Source: Phallusia mammillata (lineage: Eukaryota). Taken from it: a DNA stretch of 64,000 nucleotides. This document shows, one piece after another, positions 35,620-47,719 of this stretch. Position 1 is the first letter of the stretch, and every line of letters begins with the position of its first letter. Below the pieces are notes generated by a model. It was given only the letters and a program-made list of their open reading frames with translations, was not told where the DNA came from and searched no databases. A program made the position numbers and the translations under genes. The stretch is from contig OZ281496.1 of NCBI GenBank assembly GCA_965637545.1, forward strand, positions 6,882,001 through 6,946,000, read 5' to 3'.

Positions 35620-35810
35620 GTGAAAGACAACATAGCGACACAATTGCACTAAAACAATCACCGAGCCAGAAATAACTGCGCAAAGTTGAAACGTTATTGA
35701 GCGCAAATAAGTGGAGAGCACAAATGGTGGATGATGGCTAAACGCGCTGTAGCTACACCGTCACTATAAGGCGTTAAGTGTCTGGGGATCACAAGAAAGT
35801 GAGGTTGGCG
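35620..35810 (+). repeat. Dispersed repeat; also at ~57890-58260 (internal ~146-bp tandem duplication) and partly at ~25865 and ~61240
   Basis: Shared gtggatgat...cgctg(t/c)agctacacc...gcgttaagtg...cacaagaaa(g)tgaggttg. Confidence 0.75.
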
Positions 35811-36300
35811 CGTTGAGAATAAAAACAACTGGAGGTGGGACGTTGGTGGAACAAGTCGTGTGAGCCCTCTAAACTAACCACGCGTGTTAGGGAAAGAGGG
35901 TGGGGTTCCAATCTTAAGGTAAGCTTGCAAATGCGCCAAACGTTCTTGACCAATTGCGAAGCGATGGTGTTTGCCGTAATGGAACACTTTGCCGGGAGAG
36001 TTGACGACCTGCCAGTGAGTCTATTAATAATGATCCATGTTTTACGGCTGGAATGTGTAAAGTCAATGGACTCCACCGCTTCTCTCAAGCGATGTCGACG
36101 TTGCTCGTTAATATAGGACAGCTGTAGTGTGGCAGATGCTTCCGTCTCGTTACCATATGATGCAGTAAAAAAGGCTCTATAATAGCGTTCGCATTCGCTG
36201 TCCATACACGGCGTGTACGTCTCTCGATAGCCCCGTGGAATGCTCCTTATGGCCGTTCCCATACGAAGATTACAGAAGTCCTGGTACGCCAGATTGAAAT
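35810..36300 (-). mobile_element. Internal fragment of an Ingi/Vingi-like LINE (endonuclease-RT linker)
   Basis: SIPRGYRETYTPC...AVESIDFTHSSRKTWIIINRLTGR...CSITANTIASQLVKN. Confidence 0.75.
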
Positions 36301-36699
36301 CTGTTTTTGTTTAACTTGTGAAACTGGTAATTTAAGTCTTAGCTATGTTTAGTTATTGGAGTCAGTAAACAGTAGTGTTAAATATTGCATTCGCTGAAAG
36401 TGGACATATCGGCCATTATATAATATATACATTCACATTGTAAACATTCAGGGGAGCTTTAATTTACGTAACTTGAGGGCTTTAGATTATTTGGAAAACA
36501 AATTCGTTTCGTATTGCGAATATTATGAACATTGGTTGGATAAACTGTCTGCAAAAATCAAACGTTTGTACGTAATTTTCGCTACTCTCGCGCTTTTAGG
36601 ACAAAACCAACAAGCACCCATACTCGATTAAAAACCAACAAGCAATTCGGAAAGCATTTTGATTTTATCAGCGCCAGTGGACTGTGTCCGCTAAGTGGT

Positions 36700-36800
36700 T
36701 TGACCCAGTTCGGACCATCATGAATGACGCTTGTAATCGCGCTGAAAAAGGAAATTGTTATACAGCTGACTACCACATTGCAAAGCCAGTTGATGCCAGG
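36700..36800 (+). promoter_or_regulatory. ~100-bp cassette repeated five times upstream of ZNF genes (~36700, ~37575, ~49350, ~49920, ~50570)
   Basis: Consensus ...TATAA(A/G)T...GTAAT..ACACGCTGGAAAAGGAARTTGTTGCACAGCTGACTGCCACATCGC(T/G)AAGCCA, with a TATA-like box and CAGCTG E-box. The repeat is seen directly; the function is inferred. Confidence 0.45.
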
Positions 36801-38097
36801 AAGCTTGTGCCTTCAGTGGAAAATAAGGCTTAGCAAAAAGTTTATTGCATAAATGTTAGGCCTTTGTTTGATTCTGTAAACAATATAATGCGTTAGATCA
36901 ATGTCTTCATAAAAAAATACTTTTAATGTTAAGCTCTTCATTTCTTTTGGCAGTTTAAAAGCCGTAAGTGTATTCACGGAATAGTTATTATAAACTTAAG
37001 ACGTTTTTGCGTTTAAACCAACATGTTTGTTTATAACCAATTATAATTAGTTTCCTAACAATCTGAAACAAGGCGTCATGTACACCCGGGAGAAATCTCT
37101 GTGACGTAAACATTACCAAATTAGTCTACAAAACGTTGTGATTCAAATGAACGTGTCACTATTTTTGTGTAATTATTCAATCTTCTGCTGGTGCTTTACA
37201 TGCAATCGCCCGTTCTTGCGTTCGCATACCTACGATATAGTACTTATACGTTCCCGTTTTCGTTACGAAAAGAGAACGCGTTCTTCTCGGGACAGTCGTC
37301 CAGTGTGAATGCTGGGCTGATTGCACAGTGTTGTTTCCCGGAGAGTTGTACGGTTGTTGGATTTAGTTACTTTGAGCTGAGTGCCAGATTGCAGTTGTTT
37401 TGGCAGTTGAATGTTTTAGCCTTGTGTCTTGTGTGTCATAAAATTTACTTGGTGGAACTAGGTCATGTTTATAGATTGATTTTGCATTAGTTGGTTTGGT
37501 ATAGTTTCGGAGTCTTGTTATCGGACACATACAAAACACTATGTTTGGTACTGTACGAACTATTTTGCCGTTTTCGTCCGGTATAAGTTACAAACGTAAT
37601 CGGACACGCAGGAAAAGGAAGTTGTTGCACAGCTGACTGCCACATCGCGAAGCCAGTTAATGCCAGTTAGTTTATACCTTTAGGATTAGGCCGATTTTTG
37701 GTTTCGAAAAAACTTATTTTGCGCCGCACAGCAGGTTTGTCAAGTCATTTTGCTTAACGCCTAATCTGTGTATTGGGATTCAGTTTGAATTTACTTGATA
37801 TTGTTACATAGTGCTTCGTATTTTGGTCATTACTTCGTGGAAAGGAATATGCAGTACATTTATGGAATTTGTAGTATTACGTGAATATATTTTTGCCTCT
37901 ACGTTCTTGAGCGTAACAAGTTTGTTCAGTTAGATTTGTGACAAACGATTTTAAAGATAGGATTCGGATGTTCTAAACATATGAGCGCCAAACATAAAAA
38001 ATTTTGTTCCTGGTATCTTGTTTTAGCTGAAAACACAGTAGTCGCAAGTAAGACAAAACATTTTTTTATAATACCTAAAGAATAAACTTAAAAAAAT

Positions 38098-38788
38098 ATG
38101 TCATCTCCGGATTTGGTCTCAGAGCAAAGTGACATTTGTGATCAAAGGCTTATTGAAGGTGGAAAAGTAAAACGACATATGCTGAAACACAGCAATGAGA
38201 AACTTCAGCGATGTGATGTTTGTGAAAAAACTTTTGACCGAAGTAAAAATTTAGAAACATATGTTGACTCACACTAAGGAGAAATCACATCGATGTGATG
38301 TTTGTGAAAAATGTTTTGCTCGATGTGGAGATTTGAAAACACACATGTTGACCCACACTAAAGAGAAACCACATCGATGTGATGTTTGCGAAAAAAACTT
38401 CAGTTTCATTTCCAATTTGAAACAACACTTGTTAACCCACACCCAAGAGAAACCTCATCGATGTGATGTTTGTGAAAAATGGTTTGCTCGATGTGGAGAT
38501 TTAAAAAGACACATGTTAACCCACACCCAAGAGAACCCTCATCGATGTGATGTTTGTGAAAAAAACTTTAGATCAATTTCCAATTTAAAAACACACATGT
38601 TGACCCACACAAAAGAGAAACCTCATCGATGTGATGTTTGTGAAAAAGGGTTTGCTCGTATGGGATGTTTAAAAAGACACATGTTGACCCACACTAAAGA
38701 GAAACCACATCGATGTGATGTTTGTCGAAAGAGTTTCAGTGACATTTCAAATTTGAAAAGACACATGTTGACTCACAACAAAAGGTAA
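38098..38788 (+). pseudogene. C2H2 zinc-finger gene 1; about 7 fingers, frameshifted near 38258
   Basis: ATG 38098 (MSSPDLVSEQSDICDQRL...) is homologous to the other ZNF starts. A 2-nt loss in gaaaca(ca)tatg shifts the frame; ORF 38261-38788 holds six CxxC...HxxxH fingers with TKEKPH linkers. Confidence 0.85.
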
Positions 38789-39429
38789 CTTTATCTGTGT
38801 GAAGGTTAGTTGAAATTGCTTTATTTTGTATGGATTTTCTTTCTAAACAGTTTTTGAAAAACATGTACCACACAAAGTAACAATAAAAACGGTGATTCTG
38901 CGTACATTTAACGTTGTTCACCAAACCATTTAAATCTACTGTAGTTTAAGTTCGGCGCCAGTCGATGGGATATTCGACTCCTTTACATTAGTAATTTTTT
39001 CAAAATATTACAAAAAACACTTTGATCCGATTACGCTATGTTTTACTTGATGAACTCGGTTAAAAATGTTTTGTTAAAATCAATAACGACGAAATATTAC
39101 CTTGTTTATTTTTACTGACACAAATAAAACTCGAGTTTGTTTACACACCCGGGTAAGCTTCAGCATTGTGTATGTTTTCGTTTAATATTGTTTTGAATTT
39201 CAATTGGGCGAAAAAGTGATATTTTACTTGTATTGAACAACAATCAACACGTTGATGTACGTTACCTTTGGTTTAGAATTTGTAACACGTTGAGTCAGCA
39301 GGTCGCAGTCGTTTATAGTATTACATATAAGTTATGTTAAATTTTATATCGTATGATGATGATTCAGTGGTTATGAAAATATTGAAAGTGTTGAGTGTTT
39401 AATAGTTTAATCAAATCAACTCTAGAAAA

Positions 39430-39720
39430 AAATTGTTGCACAGTTTGCAAGCCGGTGCATTGTTCAGAAAACATTACAATGCTCCAACGAATCTGTATGT
39501 TACGTTTGCAAACTTTCGGTAAACAGACCACACAATCGGTAAACATGCGACTGATTATATTCGTTAACTTAGGAAGGTGAGGCAAAGTGACAAAAGCACG
39601 CTCTTTGGACTGAATCTTTTTCCGTGCAACCTTAGTTTTTCGGTCACTGATAATGCAGTTCGGGTAGCCGTTTAACTGCAGGGCCTCGTGTACCCTTCGC
39701 AATTCAGTTTTACTGCCCAT
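39430..39720 (-). mobile_element. Penelope-like RT C-terminal/linker remnant
   Basis: TELRRVHEALQLNGYPNCII...AFVTLPHLPKLT. Confidence 0.75.
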
Positions 39721-39899
39721 AACATGCTACCGTCCATAATTACACTATTAACTTTTCTGGTGCCAAGGTATTGACGAGGGAAAGGCGCCCGTTCGCTGAT
39801 CTGTCCGGCACTTTGATATACAAAGGCTTTGGTTTAAACCGTGGTAGGACTTCAACCGTATGTGCTGGTTAGTTTCTAGACTGGATGTGCTGGTTGGTT

Positions 39900-40240
39900 T
39901 CTAGACAAAAACGAGCATATTTTATCCTTGGATACAGAAATTTCGAGACTCCTGGACGGCACACTTTTGTTAAGCGTGCATCACAAACGAACCAGTATTA
40001 CAAGGCACCTACAGTTTAAAATGAGTATAAAAACAGATGTTCTAATGCCGATTAGCTATAGGTCGCATTTACAACACTTAACTAGGAATTTTATCCACGT
40101 TTTATCAACGTATTATCGCCGTTTTCGCGCCAGTGTCTTTTTATGTTTACTCGCGGGGTGCTATAAGAACGACTGTTTGGGTAGCTCACGTTACCCTGGT
40201 GTAGACCCCCGTATAAGCGGTCGAAACACCGTATGACTTG
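39900..40240 (+). mobile_element. Internally deleted Penelope-like remnant (RT fragment, GIY-YIG end, pseudo-LTR)
   Basis: LDTEISRLLDGTLLLSVHHKRTSITRHLQF is fused to KTDVLMPISYRS, which matches the end of the 10215 and 43030 copies. Confidence 0.75.
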
Positions 40241-40352
40241 TTCACATTTGCCAGGCAAAAGAAAAGTCTATCTTTTTTCAGCTCACAACGTACCAATCGC
40301 AGATCAGCATAACGATTTTTTTATAACACCTGAATAACTAATTTAAAGAGAG

Positions 40353-41129
40353 ATGACATCAACGGATTTGGGCGTGGATGAAGCTGATATTTGTGATCAG
40401 AGGTTTTTGGAAGGTGGAAATGTAAAACGACATATGCTGAAACACAGCATTGAGAAACTTCAGCGATGTGATGTTTGTGAAAAAACTTTTACCCAGAGTT
40501 CGACTTTAAAAAGACACATGTTGACTCACACCAAAGAAAAACCTTATCAGTGTACTGTTTGTGGAAACACATTTATTCGGCTTGGAATATTGAAACAACA
40601 CATGGTGACACACACCAATGAGAAACCTCATCGGTGTGACGTTTGTGAAAAACGGTTTGCGCGTAAAGATGTTTTGAAAAAACACATGTTGGTTCACATA
40701 GATGAGAAGCCTTATCGATGTGATCTTTGTGATACTGGATTTACACAGAGTGGAAATTTAAAAAGACACTTGTTGACTCACACTAACGAAAAACCTTATC
40801 GATGTGTTGTTTGTGAAAAGAGATTCAGGATTAATTCAAATTTGAAAACACACATGTTGACCCACACTAAAGAGAAACCTTTTCGATGTGATGTTTGTGA
40901 AAAAGGGTTTGCTCGTAGTGGAGATTTGAAACAACACATGTTGATTCACACTAATGAGAGACGATATCGATGTGATACTTGTGGTAAAAAAATCACTCAA
41001 CATGGAAATTTGAAGACACACATGTTGATTCACACTAAAAAGAAACCTCATCGATGCGATGTTTGTTACAAAACATTTACCCACTCTGGAAATTTGAAAA
41101 GACACATGTTGACTCACCAGAAAGTGTAA
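40353..41129 (+). CDS. C2H2 zinc-finger protein 2 (258 aa, 8 intact fingers, no effector domain)
   Basis: Uninterrupted ORF of tandem CxxC-x12-HxxxH units with TKEKPY/H linkers. Confidence 0.92.
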   Translation: MTSTDLGVDEADICDQRFLEGGNVKRHMLKHSIEKLQRCDVCEKTFTQSSTLKRHMLTHTKEKPYQCTVCGNTFIRLGILKQHMVTHTNEKPHRCDVCEKRFARKDVLKKHMLVHIDEKPYRCDLCDTGFTQSGNLKRHLLTHTNEKPYRCVVCEKRFRINSNLKTHMLTHTKEKPFRCDVCEKGFARSGDLKQHMLIHTNERRYRCDTCGKKITQHGNLKTHMLIHTKKKPHRCDVCYKTFTHSGNLKRHMLTHQKV

Positions 41130-42884
41130 CTTTACCGGTGTGATGTTCATAAAAATGTTTACTTGGGCTAAAACATTGCCTTTTTGTGCGGATTTTGTTT
41201 CCTAACAAGAAACATGTATCTCACAGAGCAACAATAATAAAGGTCACCCTATGTACAGTTAACGTTGTTCACCAAACCATTCAAATCTTGCATAAATTAT
41301 GTGGGAAATTTGGCAGCTGTCAATGAAATATCCGATTGCTTTAAATTAGGAATGCCTTTACAATATTACAAAAAAAATTCTCGTTTGGTGCTGTTTTGTA
41401 TTTTCAGTGGTCGTATTTCAAAATGACTTTTTACTGGGATTGAACAACAATAAACACGTTGTACATAATGTACATTACTTTCAAAATTTTTATAATATTA
41501 TAGGCGTTGAATGTTTAACAGTTTAAACCAATTAACTCTAGTTTGACATTGGGTAAAATGTTTAAACAGACAAACCTAAATAGAAAATTCAAGATTAAAT
41601 TGAAACACATTGGTATCAGAAAATTCTGGGATGAACAGTGAGAAGCTTTTAGGACATGGTCTCCAATGAAGCAAGTTCTTGTCGCTTCATACGCCTTCGG
41701 TTTATGGCAAGTTAAAGAATCGGTATGAGGTGTTGACTAATTTCTGTTCAATTCTTTTCAAAAGCGTTTTTGTTGGATTTTATGGAACCTGCCCAAGCTC
41801 GTAAAAAACGTTAAAATAATAAAATTACTATGTGAAATTAGTAATGGTCTGGACTATAGTATAAATAGACTATATTAAAAAACTGTAACGTAGTCAGACA
41901 CGTACATAAATATTGAACAACATAACCTTTTACAAATGGTTATCACTAGTTACTGCTTGGGTTTGTATAATTAGGGACTGAAAGATATAAGTGTGTGCAA
42001 TAAAAAAAAACTGTTTAAACATGATGCTAAAATTTTTTCCTCATGTTCGTTTTCGCAACAATATTAGTTTGATCAAATTAATATCTGACCGACAAAACGC
42101 ATTGACAATATGCTTGGTGGTCTATCCTTACCCTGTTACCCCTTTATTTTGCACTTCGATTGTCGGCGAGCACCTTAGTTTTCTAAATAAAATGCTCGAC
42201 GTCATTTTAGCTCACATAACAGTTTAGGGCTATAAATCATTAAATGTGTATTGTTATATAATTTCAAACCAAAATCGCTTTATATCACGTGGTTTTGTAC
42301 ATTGGTAATCATACAGGATTTTATTGGATGTTATTTCTTAGATTGGTGGAATGCTTATCATACATTCATGCGTTTATACCAAATAGTCCCCTGTGCTGAG
42401 TAGCATGCTGTAACACTGGCTAATTAAGCGCATTAAATTGAATTGTCGAACACAATAGATAATCATCATTTATTTTTGCCAACGAACCATGAACCACAGG
42501 TTCAAGCTGCTTGACACGCGAAAAAATGCACGGTAGTCAAACTCTCGCTTATTTCTGTGCGGCGATATGAGCGCCCGAAATCTGTTTAGCGCAAAACAAA
42601 ACAGGAAAAATAAAGCAAGCTAACTTTTTGTAGGTCTGAGTGCAACGTTTGTGCCTTTTTGGGTCCCATTTCGATACTGTTATCTAATTACGAACCCCCT
42701 TTGAGCTTTAATTATTTTTGTGCTTTTAATAGTTTAATTGATTATAATCAATCTCGTTATGCGCCAATTAACAAGTTGTCGCGGGACCCTTGATCTAAAC
42801 TTCAAGCTCCACACCTATTTCCTGGCTCAGTGCAAGCAAAATGCATCATTGGTAAAAAACGAGCTCAAAAATAAACTGTGGCCA

Positions 42885-43680
42885 AGAAGAAGCAAAAAAA
42901 TCGGCATTAGCAAAACATGCTACATAACGTTTCTGCTGTCAAGGTGTTAGCGAGTGAAACTGACTTCCACAAGCGAGGTTTTCTAGAGTCGCGGAACATA
43001 CATTTTCACACTAACACGATAAACGTTAAAACGGACGTTCTAATGCCGATTACTTATCAGTCGGTTTTGCACCATTGAGCTCAGTGTTATGTGATTATCA
43101 CTCGGCCATTGCGTTTTTACCACCGCGTTTGTGTGTGTTGTGCCGCCCTTGTCGTTATATAACACATTTGAGTTTTCAATTTTTGTCATTACCGTGATGA
43201 AGATGTCTCGTATTGGACTTTGAAGTGTCGGCATATTAAAATAAAAACTGCAGGAATAGCCAAAAATGTGTAAAACAATTGTGTATATCCCAACAACTTG
43301 TTTCAGTGAATATAGTGTTACTACCAGCACTAGGCACATTGCAAACACGTTTCTTTGAACATCCGGCTTCACCAAGATAATGTCTGCTATCCGATGCAGT
43401 CTTTAGCACCCCGAGAGTAAACACCAGAAAGACGTTGGCTCAAAAACGTATATAAAAACCTTTGTTCACCAGTTCCAAGCGACTGATAGCTAATTGACTT
43501 TAGAACATCAGTTGTTACGTTAATCTACGATTTTGACCCACGTTTTTATCTTCGTTTTCGCGCCAGTGTCTTCCTCATGTTCACTCTCGGGTTGTTATAA
43601 CAGCGACTGTGTTGGGAAGCTGACATTACCCTGATGTAGAGACAGCGCGTATATGACGTTGAAAGGTCGGATCAATTGCT
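42885..43680 (+). mobile_element. Penelope-like remnants: GIY-YIG C-terminus (+), an inverted pseudo-LTR piece (~43330-43430, -), and a pseudo-LTR (+)
   Basis: KKSALAKHAT...VLASETDFHKRGFLESRNIH...KTDVLMPITYQSVLHH*. 43500-43680 is homologous to 40060-40240. Confidence 0.78.
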
Positions 43681-43790
43681 TACATTTGTTAGATGAACAA
43701 AAAAGTCTATCTTGTTTCATCTTATAACACATAAGTCGTAAAACAGCATAAACATTTTTTATTTATAAAAACTGAATAATTTAAAGAGAG

Positions 43791-44495
43791 ATGAAATCAA
43801 CGGTTTTGGGCTTGGAATAAACTGATATGTGTAATCAAAGGTTTTTGGAAGGAGGAAACGTAAAACGACATATGCCGAAACACAGCATTGAGAAACTTCA
43901 GCGATGTGATGTTTGTGAAAAAACTTTCACCCAGAGTTGGATTTTAAAAAGACACATGCTGACTCACACTAACGCGAAACCGCATCGATGTGATACATGT
44001 GATAAAAGATTTGCCCAAAGTGGTGATTTGACAAGACATATGTTGACCCATACCAAAGAGAAACCTTATGGATGTGATTTTTGTAATAAAAGATTTACAC
44101 ACTGTGGAAATATGAAAAGACACATTTTGATTCACACTAAAGAGAAACGTCATCGATGTGATGTTTGTGAAAAAAAGTTTGCTCATGGTGGACATTTGAA
44201 AAAACACATGTTGATTCATTCAAACGAGAAACCTTATGGATGTGATGTTTGTGATAAAGGATTTACACAGCATGGAAATTTAAAAACACACATGCTAATT
44301 CATACTAAAGAGAAATCTCATCGATGTGATGTTTGTGAGAAACGGTTTGCTCGTGGTATAGATTTGAAAAGACATATGTTGACTCACACTAAAGAAAAAC
44401 CTTATCAATGTGATGTTTGTAAGAAACGGTTTGCTCGTGGTAGTACTTTGAAAAGACACATATTGATTCATACTAAAGAGAACCCTCATAGATAA
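43791..44495 (+). CDS. C2H2 zinc-finger gene 3 (7 intact fingers; possibly a pseudogene)
   Basis: The homologous ATG at 43791 is followed by TAA at 43818-20; ORF 43827-44495 is open; the 8th finger is broken by TAA; the upstream acceptor reads AT instead of AG. Confidence 0.8.
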
Positions 44496-45084
44496 GATGT
44501 TTGTGTGAAAAAGTTTGCTTATAGTGGAGATTTGAAAATTAACCACTAAAGAGAAGCTCCATTTAAGTATTGCGATTTGTTGTCATTTAACGTTGAACAA
44601 ACGCCATTTGAATCCACTGCAAATTATGTGAACATTAGGTGCCAGTCTATGGGATATTATGAGATACTTCCTATAGCTCTACGTCTTCATCTGTTTCCAA
44701 TCATTGGATCCGCAGCGAAATTTACATCTCGTAAGTGTTGCACAGCGAACCTTTTAGCAAACATGACTTAAAAATTGAGGTGCATCGTGTTGTTTGATGA
44801 AGGGATAAAATCTACAAATTTTCGTCTGTTTAAACAATAAGTATGAGATAGTTCACTTTGTGTTTGAGCTTTCCTATATTGCAATGGATGAATTGTCAGC
44901 ATTCAGTCAAAGTACTTGCCAAGTTTCGTATCCAATTGCATTGTAAGATAACAGTTGCACAAGTGTTTGTTCGATGAATCTTAAAAAAGTTGTTGAGATA
45001 CAAATAATTGAAGACAATTACCTAAAAACAAGCGTGTGGACGTTGAATTTCTTACTTTGCAGCAAATATAAATACTTCACCATG

Positions 45085-45800
45085 GTTTCGTTAGTGCGCT
45101 AAAGACAGGATTGCAAGGCCGTCGTTGTTTTTAAGATTTGTCCTTTTTTGAAGGCTTCAGAAATGGCCTTAACCACTTACCACTCATTTCCCTAAATCAC
45201 GTCTTTATTGTAGTTAGGTTTACTGTGACATAATAGCTTCTGGCGGTGGATGGATTCTCGCACCCACTATCAACGATAATGATTTAGGTTTGGATGAAAG
45301 TTATACTAATTTGTGGTTTGTTACGTCGTCAAAAAACAACAAAAATGTTATGGGTGAAAAAGATTATTTTCTCCACTCGAAAATTGTTCTTACGTGGTTT
45401 TTCAATTCCAGATTACATGTTTGTTATCAGCGATCGTTTAAAGCTTTTTAATGCAGCACCATGTAAAGTTAATTGACATTAAACCAAATATTTTCAGTGT
45501 TTTATCCCGATGTAAATTCGACGTTGGATCGACTTAATGCAAAATCAACAGAAATTATAACCCAGGCAAAAATTATCTACCCTTTACGCTCGGCCGTTGG
45601 CCTCTTGTGCACTGAACGGCAGCCCCTAACTTTTCCCATTCATATAAGTCAAGTTTTTCGATGGCATTTCCATACCTGGTCCTGACTTGGCATAATCATA
45701 CACCGCCCTCGTCTGATTAATTATTAATGGCGGTTTGGTGCAAAGGATTATGGTACAAAAAGACAAGCATGGCCATGTCACAATTTTGTACGGCGTCGTA
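45085..45800 (+). pseudogene. Intelectin-like exon remnants plus the VFYP exon
   Basis: QDCKAV (~45107); tag/VYCDIIASGGGWILAPTINDNDL (45218-45290), close to intelectin [45 protein letters not shown] (~45497). Confidence 0.7.
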
Positions 45801-47719
45801 GATGTTGCTTGTAAACACTACAGTTTTCATTGATTCGATGCACGTCACATAAAGACAGAAGTTTGACTATTAGGAAAAAAAAGTACTAATCTCTATTGGA
45901 ATAACATAACATATTGGCTAGTTTGTAATTAAATAATTGCTTAAAGAATGAATTTCATATTACATAAAGCTAGGTGTTGAATTGAATGGATGGTTTGCAT
46001 AAACGTAAAAAAGTTTTTGTTTTGACGTTCCGTCGACACTTATTACGAAATCGCGTGAATAGTGCCGAACTGTTAATGCAATTTTTAAAGATTTATTTAT
46101 CAACCAATTGTTCAGCTAAGGGCGTTATGTTTTGGCCGTAAGTGACGCACCCCGCTGGTAGCTACAAAGGCCGACCATCGCACAGTTTTGAGACGTCGAT
46201 CAATCATGCCTTTGAAGTTTTGCTCTCCCTTTTCGCGCCACAGTGCAACTTTCGAACAAAGGCGCGTTTAAGCTCAAGCAGTGCTATTGGCCAATCGACG
46301 AAAAAGGAACTTAGTTCAGTGGTATGACTTAGCTCTGTGAACACATTGTGTTAAAGTGAAAGTTAAGTTGTTGAGGCAGCATGCAGCTTTTCAGTTAAGT
46401 CTAGTTTTCGGAATAAACTTCAGGAATATACTTTATTTTGCCTAATCGAACTGCAACATGTTGCTGGACGTCAACTTATTTATGCATGAAAAGGTAAGCA
46501 CTTGTTGTCCTATAGATTTCGTTGTATCTTTATTTGTACCATAAAAATGTTTTGTAAAATCGATTATATCTATTTTACTTTTTGTTTAGATATCTTCATG
46601 GGGCGCACGTCAAACTCAGTTCAGCGGGGAAAGTAAAGATGTGAACGATTGACATTTTCCTAAAACCTTCATTAACACAACAAGGTGCAACCGCTCGTCT
46701 TTAGACAATTTGACGACTGCAGCGCTGCAAAATCGAATATTGTGCGTCGACTTTGAGTAACAGTATTTCGTACGTTTAATGTTGATGATTTTTCCTTTTC
46801 CGTTCGTATTTGTGGCAATAAAATTAAGATAAAAGCAATATGTGAGTCATAGTCCGTACTCATCCGGAAAGCCGATAGAAAAACTAGCAAGGTGGGTGTC
46901 CGGGGCATGTTAGGCAAAGTGTGGCGTAACGACGCAATAAGCTAGGGACTGTCAGGCATGGACCAGGCGAGGGTACCGTTGTATGGCCGTTGGCACGGGA
47001 CGTACATTGACCAAACATAATCCTGACGTACGCCCCATGCATGGGGGTGTTTCAATGTCAACCCTTAGCCATACATTCATATAAGGTTGAGACACGGTTG
47101 TCATGTCCGACCCAGACATGGTTGCACCAGTAAGCCATACGTATTTGGACACGGCCCGGTCATACATTTTTGCTTGGGAAGTTTACTCTCTGATTTCTAT
47201 CCTTTCGTCTATGGCACCCACCCTTCCAGGCTGCAGGATGGCAATTTGTTTGGAAACGATTACAGAATTGGAGTAAGTTGATTAAACGTTGATGATTTTG
47301 TTGAACAATTAACAAAGTGCGTAATGTACTGTAGATCTACTTTAACCCAAATCAAAATTGTTATCCATACGATTATGAATCAAACTGTCGAAAAAAGTAA
47401 TGTTAACGTTCGCAGCATTACGAACACTTTGATCTACACGCGGAATTAATGGGTTTAACGGCACGTGTTAACATAAAAACACTTTCGGCCTAAAACAAAA
47501 CGAAAACCGTAACCGAAATTGACATGGATGTGATATATTTTTATTTTCCAAATAATATTTTGTGACAGTTTATAATCGTATCAACAGCGTTGTAAGCTTT
47601 TTTTAATTTTAGCTGATAGCAAATTGCATATTTTATTTTGCCGTTCACGTGGTGTAATGCTAAACCAAATGCTAGTTGTTTTATTAAGAACTTGTATTTT
47701 TGCCAACGTTTCGCTCACC

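Noticed and set aside
40506-44546. Minus-strand ORFs over ZNF2 and ZNF3 (MNQHVFFQ...)
   Set aside because: Antisense echoes of the 84-bp finger periodicity.
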